From positions 1,860,001 through 1,924,000 of the forward strand of contig OY740782.1 of the NCBI GenBank assembly GCA_963514005.1: DNA of 64,000 nucleotides, given 5' to 3'. The DNA comes from Raja brachyura (lineage: Eukaryota). A model generated the notes under the pieces. That model was not told the origin of the DNA. It was given only the letters and a program-made list of their open reading frames with translations, and did no database searches. The position numbers and the translations under genes are program-made. Below are positions 48,620-64,000 of this stretch, one piece after another. Within the stretch, counting starts at the first letter, position 1; every line of letters begins with the position of its first letter.

Positions 48620-50440
48620 TGACAGTCACACACTGGGATAACCCTGCACTGTGACACACACTGGGATAACCCAGCACTGTGACACACACTGGGCTAACCC
48701 AGCACTGTGACACACACTGGGTTAACACAGCACTGTGACACATACTGGGCTAACCCTGCACTGTGACACACACTGGGGTAACCCTGCACTGTGACACACA
48801 CTGGGATAACCCTGCACTGTGACAGTGACACACACTGGGGTAACACCACACTGTGACACACACTGGGCTAACCCTGCACTGTGACTGTGACACACACTGG
48901 GGTAACACTACACTGTGACACACACTGGGCTAACCCTGCACTGTGACTGTGACACACACTGGGGTAACACTACACTGTGACACACACTGGGGTAACACTA
49001 CACTGTGACACACACTGGGGTAACACTACACTGTGACACACACTGGGGTAACACTACACTGTGACTGTGACACACACTGGGGTAACACTACACTGTGACT
49101 GTGACACACACTGGGGTAACACTACACTGTGACACACACTGGGGTAACACTACACTGTGACACACTGGGGTAACACTACACTGTGACAGTGACACACACT
49201 GGGGTAACACTACACTGTGACACACACTGGGGTAACACTACACTGTGACAGTGACACACACTGGGGTAACACTACACTGTGACACACACTGGGGTAACAC
49301 TACACTGTGACACACACTGGGGTAACACTACACTGTGACACACACTAGGGTAACGCTACACTGTGACTGACACACACTGGGGTAACACTACACTGTGACA
49401 CACACTGGGGTAACACTACACTGTGACACACACTGGGGTAACACTACACTGTGACACACACTGGGGTAACACTACACTGACTGTGACACACACTGGGGTA
49501 ACATTACACTGTGACACACACTGGGGTAACACTACACTGTGACACACACTGGGGTAACACTACACTGTGACACACACTGGGGTAACACTACACTGTGACA
49601 CACACTGGGGTAACACTACACTGTGACTGTGACACACACTGGGGTAACACTACACTGTGACACACACTGGGGTAACACTACACTGTGACTGTGACACACA
49701 CTGGGGTAACACTACACTGTGACACACACTGGGGTAACACTACACTGTGACACACACTGGGGTAACGCTACACTGTGACAGTGACACACACTGGGATAAC
49801 ACTACACTGTGACACACACTGGGGTAACACTACACTGTGACAGTGACACACACTGGGATAACACTACACAGTGACACACACTGGGGTAACATTACACTGT
49901 GACAGTGACACACTGGGATAACACTACACTGTGACACACACTGGGGTAACATTACACTGTGACACACACTGGGGTAACATTACACTGTGACAGTGACACA
50001 CTGGGATAACACTACACTGTGACACACACTGGGATAACACTACACAGTGACACACACTGGGGTAACATTACACTGTGACAGTGACACACTGGGATAACAC
50101 TACACTGTGACACACACTGGGATAACACTACACTGTGACACACACTGGGGTAACACTACACTGTGACAGTGACACACTGGGATAACACTACACTGTGACA
50201 CACACTGGGGTAACATTACACTGTGACACACACTGGGGTAACACTACACTGTGACACACACTGGGGTAACACTACACTGTGACACACACTGGGGTAACAC
50301 TACACTGTGACACACACTGGGGTAACACTACACTGTGACACACACTGGGGTAACACTACACTGTGACTGTGACACACACTGGGGTAACACTACACTGTGA
50401 CACACACTGGGGTAACTCTGCACTGTGACACCCACTGGGG
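48620..50440. repeat. 28/34-bp minisatellite
   Basis: CACACACTGGGGTAACACTACACTGTGA. Confidence 0.96.
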
Positions 50441-50971
50441 TAGCCCAGTACCAGGGGGGCATCTCTCCATTCTGGGGACTCCATTGCTGCCATAGAACCT
50501 CTTGTGTGCCCCCAACTAAGGAGTGAGCTAGCACTCTGCTTCTGCTGCTGCCTGACCACCCTTGCCCGTTGTGCCACCGACCCAATTGCTACTGAAGCTT
50601 TCCCCCTACCATCATCTCCCCAACGGTCTCCAAAGTACTCTACCTGTAGTGGAGGGGAATGGCCCTGGAGGATTCCTACCTCTGTTCCTTCTCCCTCTCC
50701 CTCTCCAGTCACCCATCTTCTCTCTGCCTGCGCCTCACACGTGATCACGTCCCACGCCTACATTCCCCAGGACCATGCCGAGATTACCAGCTCCAGCCAC
50801 TCGACATGGCCAGTCAAGAGCTGCAGCTGAACTCCTACAGCTGCAGTCCAAACACCAAGTGCTGGAGCAGCTCAGTGGACCAGGCAGCATCCATGGCAGA
50901 AACAAGGCAGCTCTGCACTGTATGGCTCAGAGTCTACACTCTATGGGGTTGATCAATGCTGAGCTCCTTAC

Positions 50972-51145
50972 CTCAAAGTATCCATCTTCATCATCTTCTT
51001 CATCTTTCTCCTCACTCTGCTCCTCCAGCTTCCTGCTCTGTTCCTCCACAACCTCTTCCTCAGCCAGTCGGCTGGTGATGAGCGCAGGCTCCCCAGTGGC
51101 AGGGCAGACCTCTCCGTTGGACAGTTGGCAGTCCTGCAGCCTCTT
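50972..51145 (-). CDS. SCRIB: SCRIB exon (~14), acidic linker
   Basis: 174 nt, GTGCAG|AAG...GAG|GTAAGG; KRLQ...EEKDEEDDEDGYFE, phase 0-0. Confidence 0.85.
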
Positions 51146-51164
51146 CTGCACAGAACACAGTTCA

Positions 51165-51735
51165 GCGCACCACTCCCCACACTGCACTCATCACTCCTCA
51201 CACACACCACTCCCCACACTGCACTCACACACCCTACACTGCACTCCCACACCACACTCATACACACCCACACACACTCACCTCCACACACCACTCCCCA
51301 CACTGCACTCACACACACACCACTCCCCACACTGTACTCACACACACACACCACTCCCCACACTGCACTCACACACCACTCACACACACACTACACTCAT
51401 ACACACCCACACACACTCACCACACTGCACTCACACACACACACACCACTCCCCACACTGTACTCACACACACACACCACTCCCCACACTGCACTCACAC
51501 ACCACTCACACACACACTACACTCATACACACCCACACACACTCACCTCCACACACCACTCCCCACACACAGTCCCCACACTGCACTCCCACACACACAC
51601 ACATTCCCCACACAGTCCCCACACTGCACTCCCACAAACACTCACCCCCCCCACACACACAGTCCCCACACTGCACTCCCACACACACAATGCCCCCCCA
51701 TTGCACATCCACACACACTCACCCCCACACACACA
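51165..51735. repeat. CA-rich repeat (CACTCCCCACACTGCACT)
   Basis: abuts acceptor at 51146. Confidence 0.88.
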
Positions 51736-52287
51736 CCTCCTACCTCCCTGCCCCCTCCACCTCAAGCACACCCACTGCTCTGTTCCACCTCCCACCATGC
51801 TGCTCCCTGTTCCAGCCACTCCAGATCTCAGCCATCGTCCCAGATGTCCAGTCTCCACATCTCCACCCGTCCAGTCCGTGTCCTGGCACCCCAGCCTTTG
51901 CCCAATCCCCATGCCAGTCAGCCCTCTCTCCCCCGATCCGTCATTGCCTCTCTCCCACCCTCCCTTCAATCACCATGGCCATTGCTGACCCTCCCCAACC
52001 ACCGCACACTCCAATGATGACTCTCCCCCTTCCCCACCAGATCCCTGCCCCCACCCATGTCCCCCTCACCTTTACCTATCCTGCCCCCACCTCCCCCCAC
52101 CTAATTCATGTCTCCCTCACCTTTACGTATCCTGCCCCCTCGACCTAATTCATGTCTCCCTCCCTCCGCCCTACCCTGCCCCACCTCCCCACGCCCATGT
52201 CCCTGTCCCCCCACCACGCTACCCATCCCTCGGATCCTGCCTCCTACCAATCCCCACGCCCCCACTGGCTGCAGACACAGTGCTGAC

Positions 52288-52425
52288 CTGGGGCTCGGGA
52301 GAATCTGGCGAGGGGGGCGAGTCCTCTGCCTTGGCGGTGAGTGGCTCGCCCCTGCGGTATTCGATGGACTGTTTCATCACCTTCAGCTCGCTGGGGTGAG
52401 GAGTTGCCCGGCGCTGTAACCGGCC
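52288..52425 (-). CDS. SCRIB: SCRIB exon (~13)
   Basis: 138 nt, GTGCAG|GGC...CAG|GTCAGC; GRLQRRATPHPSELKVMK conserved Scribble motif. Confidence 0.92.
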
Positions 52426-53541
52426 CTGCACCAGGGGCACAATGAACAATCGTCAGAGCCGACACCCACACTGATCCAAACATCTTGTGCCCATTCCCTC
52501 CACGGATGCTGCCTGACCCACTGCCACCCTCCGGCAGGCACTCGTGTTGGCATTGCAGCGACCAGCAGCTGAATCCACGGCTGGCTGCACTCAGGATGGT
52601 GCGGGGGTGTAGGAGCACCAGGCATCAGAGTTACAGTGATGTGGTCACACCTAAGGTGCTGACAGAGAGTAGATGGGGAAAGGGAGTAGGCAGAGAGGTG
52701 GTGACACAAGGAACTGCAGGTGCCATTTTATACAACGTGCTGGACTAACTCAGCAGATCATCTCTGGACAACATGGATAGATGACCAGATCAGAACCCTT
52801 CAGAGTGCAGGAATCCTCTGGGGCCATTTGCCTCAAAAACCGGTGCACTATTTTGGATACCATGAGGGGGATGAGGAGACAAGAGAGCAGCAGTTGCAGA
52901 CTGGTGTGTGCCACAGTGCCTGTCTGAGGCAAAGTCAGGAAGAGCCATATTGAAAGAAGATGATTGCCTTTTGCTTTTGCTCTGATATACAAATTCTTCC
53001 TCCATCTTGATAGTCACACAGCAGGCCACACGTCCATGTTGATCATGATGCCCCATCTACACTAGTCCCACTGGCCCATATCCCTCTAAACCTCTCCATT
53101 CATGTACCTGTCTGATGCCTTTTAACTGCTGTTCTTGTACCTGCATCAACTACCGCCTCTGGCAGCTCGTTCCATATACAACTACCCGCAGTATGGAAAT
53201 GCTGCCCTCAAGTTCCTGCTAAATCAGCTGGTTAACCCCAGCTGCTCAAAATGGTTACAAAGGGTTTCCCAAGCATTCCCAGTCCGGCCCAACTCATCCC
53301 AGCCGCCTCGTCCCAGTTCAGCCCACCACAGCTAATCCCAACCCAACCTGGTGCAGCAGAGCCTATCCCAGCTCACCCGACCTGACCCATCACCAGCCCA
53401 TGCCAGCCCACCCAGCCCACCCAGCCCATCTCACCCCAGCCTGGCCCAGCTCATCAATGCACGGCAGAGCCCATTCCAGCCCGGCCCACCCTAACCCATC
53501 TCATCCTGGCACAGCCCGGCCCTCCCTGCAGAGTGACTCAC

Positions 53542-53666
53542 GCGTCTCTCTGCCTCCTCCTCCATGTCCTCGCCGTCTCTGGGCTCCTCCTGGAACTGGA
53601 TCACACTGACACGGTTCAGGTTGGGCTCTGGCCATGGTTCATCCACGCTGTCCGTCAACAGGTTCT
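53542..53666 (-). CDS. SCRIB: SCRIB exon (~12)
   Basis: 125 nt, TTGCAG|AG...CGC|GTGAGT; ENLLTDSVDEPWPEPNLNRVSVIQFQEE...; phase fits neighbours. Confidence 0.92.
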
Positions 53667-53699
53667 CTGCAATCAAACCCAGTACAGTCAGTTAGCACG

Positions 53700-55812
53700 G
53701 CACCAGCCACAGCCCAGGGCCCACAGCCCACAGCACAGGGCCCACAGTCCAGAGCCCACAGTCCACAGCACAGGGCCCACAGCCCACAGCCCAGGGCCCA
53801 CAGTCCACAGCACAGGGCCCACAGTCCACAGCCCAGAGCACAGGGCCCACAGTCCACAGCCCAGAGCCCAGGGCCCACAGTCCACAGCACAGGGCCCACA
53901 GTCCACAGCCCAGAGCACAGGGCCCACAGTCCACAGCCCAGAGCACAGGGCCCACAGTCCACAGCCCAGGGCCCACAGTCCAGAGCCCAGGGCCCACAGT
54001 CCACAGCACAGGGCCCACAGTCCACAGCCCAGAGCACAGGGCCCACAGTCCACAGCCCAGAGCACAGGGCCCACAGTCCACAGTCCACAGCCCAGAGCCC
54101 ACAGCACAGGGCCCACAGTACAGAGCCCAGGGCCCACAGTCCACAGCCCAGGGCCCACAGTCCAGAGCCCAGGGCCCACAGCCCACAGCACAGGGCCCAC
54201 AGTACAGAGCACAGGGCCCACAGCCCAGGGACCAGGGACCAGAGCCCAGGGACCAGTGACCACAGCCCAGGGACCACAAGCACAGGGCCCACAGGCCACA
54301 GCCCACAGCACAGGGCCCACAGTCCACAGCCCAGAGCACAGGGCCCACAGTCCACAGCCCAGAGCACAGGGCCCACAGTCCACAGCACAGGGCCCACAGT
54401 CCACAGCCCAGAGCCCAGGGTCCACAGCCCAGAGCACAGGGCCCACAGTCCACAGCCCAGAGCACAGGGCCCACAGTCCACAGCCCAGAGCACAGGGCCC
54501 ACAGTCCACAGCCCAGGGCCCACAGCACAGGGCCCACAGCCCAGGGACCACAGCCCAGGAACCACAGACCACAGCCCAGGGACCACAAGCACAGGGCCCA
54601 CAGGCCACAGCCCACAGCACAGGGCCCACAGTCCACAGCCCAGAGCAGAGGGCCCACAGTCCACAGCCCAGAGCAGAGGGCCCACAGCCCAGAGCACAGG
54701 GCCCACAGCCCACAGCACAGGGCCCACAGCCCACAGCACAGGGCCCACAGTCCACAGCACAGGGCCCACAGCCCACAGCCCAGAGCCCACAGCCCAGAGC
54801 ACAGGGCCCACAGTCCACAGCCCAGAGCACAGGGCCCACAGTCCACAGCCCAGAGCACAGGGCCCACAGCCCAGAGCACAGGGCCCACAGCCCAGAGCAC
54901 AGGGCCCACAGCCCAGAGCACAGCGCCCACAGCACAGGGCCCACAGCCCACAACACAGGGCCCACAGCACAGGGCCCACAGCCCACAGCCCAGGGCCCAC
55001 AGCACAGGGCCCTCAGCCCACAGCACAGGGCCCACAGCCCACAGCACAGGGCCCACAGCACAGGGCCCACAGCCCACAGCACAGGGCCCTCAGCCCACAG
55101 CACAGGGCCCACAGCACACGGCCCTCAGCCCACAGCACAGGGCCCTCAGCCCACAGCACAGGGCCCACAGCCCACAGCACAGGGCCCACAGCCCACAGCA
55201 CAGGGCCCACAGCCCACAGCACAGGGCCCACAGCACAGGGCCCACAGCCCACAGCACAGGGCCCACAGCCCACAGCACAGGGCCCACAGCCCACAGCACA
55301 GGGCCCTCAGCCCACAGCACAGGGCCCACAGCCCACAGCACAGGGCCCACAGCACAGGGCCCACAGCCCACAGCACAGGGCCCACAGCACAGGGCCCACA
55401 GCACAGGGCCCACAGCACAGGGCCCACAGCACAGGGCCCACAGCACAGGGCCCACAGCACAGGGCCCACAGCCCACAGCACAGTGACCACAGCACAGGGC
55501 CCACAGCCCACAGCACAGGGCCGACAGCCCACAGCACAGGGCCCACAGCCCACAGCACAGGGCCCACAGCCCACAGCACAGGGCCCACAGCACAGGGCCC
55601 ACAGCCCACAGCACAGGGCCCACAGCACAGTGACCACAGCACAGGGCCCACAGCCCACAGCACAGGGCCGACAGCCCACAGCCTACAGCACAGGGCCCAC
55701 AGCACAGTGACCACAGCACAGTGACCACAGCACAGGGCCCAGGGAGCACATCCCACGGCACAGGGCGCTCAGAGACCACAGCCCAGGGCCCCCACAGGCC
55801 ACTGGGCCCACA
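53700..55812. repeat. 7-mer-based ACAGCACAGGGCCCACAGCCC repeat
   Basis: source of the 450-725 aa spurious ORFs. Confidence 0.96.
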
Positions 55813-55819
55813 GCCGGTG

Positions 55820-58980
<3,161 letters not shown>

Positions 58981-59049
58981 AAAGTACCGCTGAGCAACAG
59001 CCCCTTCAGCCAAGAGTACAGCCCAGCAATAGCCATTTCAATTCATTGT

Positions 59050-59322
59050 GTACAGCCCCTTCAGCCCAGTGAACAGCTCCTTCAGCCCACAGCCCAACAG
59101 GCCCTTCAGCCCAGTGAACAGCTCCTTCAGCCCACAGCCCAACAGGCCCTTCAGCCCAGTGAACAGCTCCTTCAGCCCACAGCCCAACAGGCCCTTCAGC
59201 CCAGTGAACAGCTCCTTCAGCCCACAGCCCAAAAGGGCCTTCAGCCCAGTGAACAGCTCCTTCAGCCCACAGCCCAACAGGCCCTTCAGCCCAGTGTACA
59301 GCACAGCAACAGGCTCTTCAGC
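59050..59322. repeat. 45-bp minisatellite related to the adjacent array
   Basis: CCCTTCAGCCCAGTGAACAGCTCCTTCAGCCCACAGCCCAACAGG. Confidence 0.92.
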
Positions 59323-59589
59323 CGACAACGTCAGTGCCAAATATGATGCCGTTAAACTAATATCCTCTGCCTGCATGTGATCAACATTCCCTGCATCTAT
59401 TTATAAGCCTCTTTATTTCAATTATCTGCCTCCAAATGAGAATGTATGTGGGAGATATGACAATAAAACACTCTAGACTTGACTCTTGACTGATTGTAGC
59501 GAAGGATCTCAATCAAAACGTCACCTATTCCTTTTCTTCAGAGATGCTGTCTGAGCCGCTGGGTTACTCAGCTTTTTGTTCTGTATAAT

Positions 59590-61160
59590 CCAGGCAGCAT
59601 TCCGGTAAACATCTGCACCCTCTCCAAAGCCTCCACATCTTTTCTGTAATGGGCCAACCAGTTGTGCACAGAACTGCAAATATTGAGTACCATGACATCT
59701 CAACTCTTATATTGAATGCCTCGACTGATGAAGGCAAGCATATCACAGCTCGTCTTTACTACTCCATCTACTTGTCTGTTACTTTCAGGGAGCTATGGAT
59801 GGGCATCCCAAGATCCCTCTGTAGACCAGGGCTCCAGAAGATCCTGCCATTGACTTGCATTTGAGCTCCCAGTAACGCAACTTCCCTCGTTGCCCCGACT
59901 ACATTGTGTCAAATAGGTCACCCGGACAAACTTCAAAGATTTTGCCCTGTGAGTATTTTACGGCAAATCAATCCCAATTAATATTTGAAAAAACTAAACA
60001 GTTAGGCACTATAACCCATACTTTTATCACCTGTCTTGCTATTTTAAGTCATGGAGTCATACAACGCGGAAACAGGCCCTTGGTCCCAACCCTTCCATGC
60101 CAAGGTCATAAGTGTCAGGAGCAGAATTAGGCCATTCAGTCTATTCCGCCATTCAATCATAGCTGATTTTTCTCTCCCTCCTTACCCAGTTCTTCTGCCT
60201 TCTCCCCATAACCCCGACACCCGTATTAATCAAGAATTTATCTATCTCTGCCTTAGAAATATCCAGAAATCTTGAAGCAAATTCGCTGGATGCTTTGAGA
60301 GTTAGATATAACTATAACCATATAACAATTACAGCACGGAAACAGGCCTTCTCGGCCCTTCCAGTCCGTGCCGACCATTTATTTTCCCCTAGTCCCATCT
60401 ACCTGCACTCAGACCATACCCCTCCATTCCCTTCCTGTTCAGATATAGCTCTTAGGGCTAACAAGGATATGGGGGAAAAAGCAGGAACGAGGTGCTGAGT
60501 TTGGATAATCAGCCATGATCATATTGAATGGCCTACTCCTGCACCTATTTTCTATGTTTCTATCCATTGACTTGGCCTCCACAGCCTTCTGTGGAAAATA
60601 ATTCCATAGGTTCACCACTTTCTGACTAAATCAATTTATCCTCGTCTCCTTCCTAAAAGAATGTCCTTTAATTCTGAGGCTATGACCTCTAGTCCTAGAC
60701 TCTCCCACTAGTGGAAACACCCTCTCCACATCCACTGTATCCAAGCCTTTCACTATTCGTTAAGTTTCAATGAGGTCCCCCCTCATTCTTCCAAACGCCA
60801 GCGAGTACAGGCCCAGTGCCGACAAACGCTCATCATACGTTAACCCACTCATTCCTGGGATCATTCCCATAAACCTCCTCTGCACCATCTCCAGAGCCAG
60901 CACATCCAGAGTCAGATATGGTGCTCAAAATGGCTCACGATATTCCAAATGCGGCCTGACCTGCACGTTATAGAGCCTCAGCATTACATCCCTGTTTGTG
61001 TATTCTAGCCCATGTGAAATAAATGCTAGCATTGCGTTTGCCTTCCTTACTACCAATTCAACTTGAAGGCAGCATTTTGGGAATCGTGCGCCATCTAAGC
61101 TCGTCCCATTTGGCCCATACCTTTCAAAGCCTTTCCTATTCATGTACCAGTCCAAATGTC
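59590..61160 (-). mobile_element. Cluster of CR1 3' fragments, mostly minus strand
   Basis: VVRKANAMLAFI..LEY..VRPHLEY; 60313-60435 is a tail piece of the young CR1 subfamily. Confidence 0.7.
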
Positions 61161-61374
61161 TTTGAAAGATTTGATACCTATCTCAACTACCTGAACAAGG
61201 GTTTCGGCCCGAAACGTTGCCTATCTCCTACACTCCTTAGATGCTGCTGCACCCGCTGAGTTTCTCCAGCCTTTTGTGTACCCTACCTCCTCATTCCACA
61301 TTTCTCTGAGTAAAAAGTTACCCTCGGGTTCAATTAAATCTTTCCTCTCTCACTGTACACCTCTGTGTACGGTA

Positions 61375-61895
61375 AGAGGACATCCTTGTGATTGAGGCAG
61401 TGCAGCGTAGGTTCACAAGATTGATCCCTGGGATGGCGGGACTGTCATATGAGGAAAGATTGAAAAGACTAGGCTTGTATTCACTGGCATTTAGAAGGAT
61501 GAGGGGGGATCTTATAGAAACATATAAAATTATAAAAGGACTGGACAAGCTAGATGCAGGAAAAATGTTCCCAATGTTGAGTGAGTCCAGAAACAGGGAC
61601 CACAGTCTTAGAATAAAGGGGAGGCCATTTAAGACTGAGGTGAGAAAAACCATTTTCACCCAGAGAGTTGTGAATTTGTGGAATTCCCTGCCACAGAGGG
61701 CAGTGGAGACCAAGTTACTGGATGGATTTAAGAGAGAGTTAGATAGAACTCTAGGTGCTAGTGGAATCAAGGGATATGGGGAGAAGGCAGGCACGGGTTA
61801 TTGATTGGGGACGCTCAGCCATGATCACAATGAATGGCGGTGCTGGCTCGAAGGGCCGAATGGCCTCCTCCTGCATCTATTTTCTATGTTTCTAT
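61375..61895 (+). mobile_element. CR1 3' end
   Basis: 138-aa ORF IEAVQRRFTRLIPGM...WNSLPQRAVE. Confidence 0.9.
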
Positions 61896-62044
61896 CCTCT
61901 GGTTCGACTCCCCCAGCATGGGGGAAGAAGACTGCGTATTCACCCTATTGATCCCTTTCATTATTGTACACTACCTCAATACCCGTGACCATAATAAACT
62001 GCTACAGGTTGCCGCAGGATCAGCGCAGTCACTCCTACGTACGC

Positions 62045-62330
62045 AGTTTAGTTTAGAGATACAGTGCGAAAACAGGCCCTTCGGCCCACGCCGACCAGCG
62101 ATCCCCGCACAGTAACATCATCCTACACGCACTGGGTACTTTTTACATTTACCAAACCAATTAACCTACAAACGTGTACATCTTTGGAGTGTGGGAGGAA
62201 ACCGAAGAAAGCCATGCAGGTCACAGGAGAATGTACAAACTCCGTACAGACAGAACCCGTAGTCGGGATGGAGCCCGGGTCTCCAGCGCTGCATTGGCTG
62301 TAAGGCAGCAACTCTACCACTGTGCCGCCA
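62045..62330 (-). mobile_element. tRNA-derived V-SINE (HE1-like)
   Basis: GGCGGCACAGTGGTAGAG A-box, GGAGACCCGGGCTCCATCCC B-box-like, CR1-like tail. Confidence 0.8.
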
Positions 62331-62366
62331 AGACTACCCTACCGTTGCCGTACACTCGCAGTCCTA

Positions 62367-62624
<258 letters not shown>

Positions 62625-62702
62625 TCATGAGCACAGCACCACACCAGGAGCCAGGGCCGTGGCAAGTGCCATAGCATCTGTTGGCACTGTGTATCGGCCC
62701 CT

Positions 62703-63180
62703 CTAAACACGAGAGAGACGTACAGCAGCCCACAGTATAAGGTGCATTGTGTACAACCCAACTAAACATGAGATAGACGTACAGCAGCCCACAGTATAAG
62801 GTGCATTGTGCACAACCCAACTAAACATGAGATAGACGTACAGCAGCCCACAGTATAAGGTGCATTGTGCACAACCCAACTAAACATGAGATAGACGTAC
62901 AGCAGCCCACAGTATACGGTGCATTGTGCACAACCCAACTAAACATGAGATAGACGTACAGCAGCCCACAGTATACGGTGCATTGTGCACAACCCAACTA
63001 AACATGAGATAGACGTACAGCAGCCCACAGTATAAGGTGCATTGTGCACAACCCAACTAAACATGAGATAGACGTACAGCAGCCCACAGTATACGGTGCA
63101 TTGTGCACAACCCAACTAAACATGAGATAGACGTACAGCAGCCCACAGTATACGGTGCATTGTGTACAACACAACTGAAC
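62703..63180. repeat. 59-bp minisatellite, 8 units
   Basis: CTAAACATGAGATAGACGTACAGCAGCCCACAGTATAAGGTGCATTGTGCACAACCCAA. Confidence 0.95.
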
Positions 63181-63185
63181 GCGAG

Positions 63186-64000
63186 GTAAGGCAAAGAGTA
63201 GGAGTTAACGGGTCGTTTTCACAATGGCAGGCAGTGACTAGTGGGGTACCGCAAGGCTCAGTGCTGGGACCCCAGCTATTTACAATATACATAAATGATC
63301 TGGATGAGGGAATTGAAGGCAATATCTCCAGGTTTGCGGATGACACTAAGCTGGGGGGCAGTGTTGGCTGTGAGGAGGATGCTAGGAGAATGCAAGGTGA
63401 CTTGGATAGGCTGGGTGAGTGGGCAAATGTTTGGCAGATGCAGTATAATGTGGATAAATGTGAGGTTATCCACTTTGGTGGCAAAAATAGGAAAACCGAC
63501 TACTATCTAAATGGTGGCCGATTAGGAAAAGGGGAGATGCAGCGCGACCTGGGTGTCATGGTACACCAGTCATTGAAAGTAGGCATGCAGGTACAACAGG
63601 CAGTGAAGAAAGCCAATGGTATGTTAGCTTTCATAGCAAAAGGATTTGAGTATAGGAGCAGGGAGGTTCTACTTCAGTTGTATAGGGTCTTGGTGAGGCC
63701 ACACCTGGAGTATTGCGTACAGTTCTGGTCTCCAAATCTGAGGAAGGACATTATTGCCATAGAGGGAGTGCAGCGAAGGTTCACCAGACTGATTCCTGGG
63801 ATGTCAGGACTGTCTTATGAACAAAGACTGCATAGACTCGGTTTATACTCTCTAGAATTTAGGAGATTGAGAGGGGATCTTATAGAAACTTACAAGATTC
63901 TTAAGGGGTTGGACAGGCTAGATGCAGGAAGATTGTTCCCGATGTTGGGGACGTCCAGGACAAGGGGTCACAGCTTAAGGATAAGGGGGAAATCCTTTAG
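63186..64000 (+). mobile_element. Young CR1 LINE RT region, open to window end
   Basis: SGVPQGSVLGP, YINDLD, FADDTKL, KKANGML, RPHLEYCVQFWSP; no stop seen. Confidence 0.92.

Noticed and set aside
53533-55779. ORFs of 450-725 aa on both strands
   Set aside because: They are translations of a stop-free 7-mer-based tandem repeat inside an intron.

Overview
Vertebrate genomic DNA, very likely a cartilaginous fish such as a skate or ray. That inference rests on the HE1/V-SINE, CR1, Rex1 and Penelope repeat complement. The whole window lies inside one minus-strand gene, SCRIB (scribble). I traced 18 consecutive GT-AG coding exons (62567 down to 1703; 3186 nt = 1062 codons, phases consistent) encoding the last LRRs, LAPSD, the acidic linker, PDZ1-PDZ4 and the start of the C-terminal tail. 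They correspond to roughly exons 10-27 by recalled human numbering; both gene ends are outside the window. The introns hold CR1, Rex1/Babar, Tx1, Penelope-like, Tc1, Harbinger-like and hAT-like elements, SINEs and about 20 minisatellites, and there is one 225-N gap. Nearly all long ORFs in the track are tandem-repeat artefacts. The most interesting signal is a chain of four candidate microexons (5+26+22+19 nt) upstream of the 63-nt cassette exon. Each is frame-shifting alone, but together they insert 24 aa in frame, and they sit among UGC, TGCATG and ACTAAY splicing motifs. Other observations: a coding Ser/Pro/Gly/Thr repeat expansion between PDZ2 and PDZ3, degenerate exon-end copies around a PDZ3 exon, a minisatellite built from a 5' splice site, hammerhead-like cores in Penelope ends, and an intronic element with two interlocking stems. 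All calls are by eye, with no database searches.
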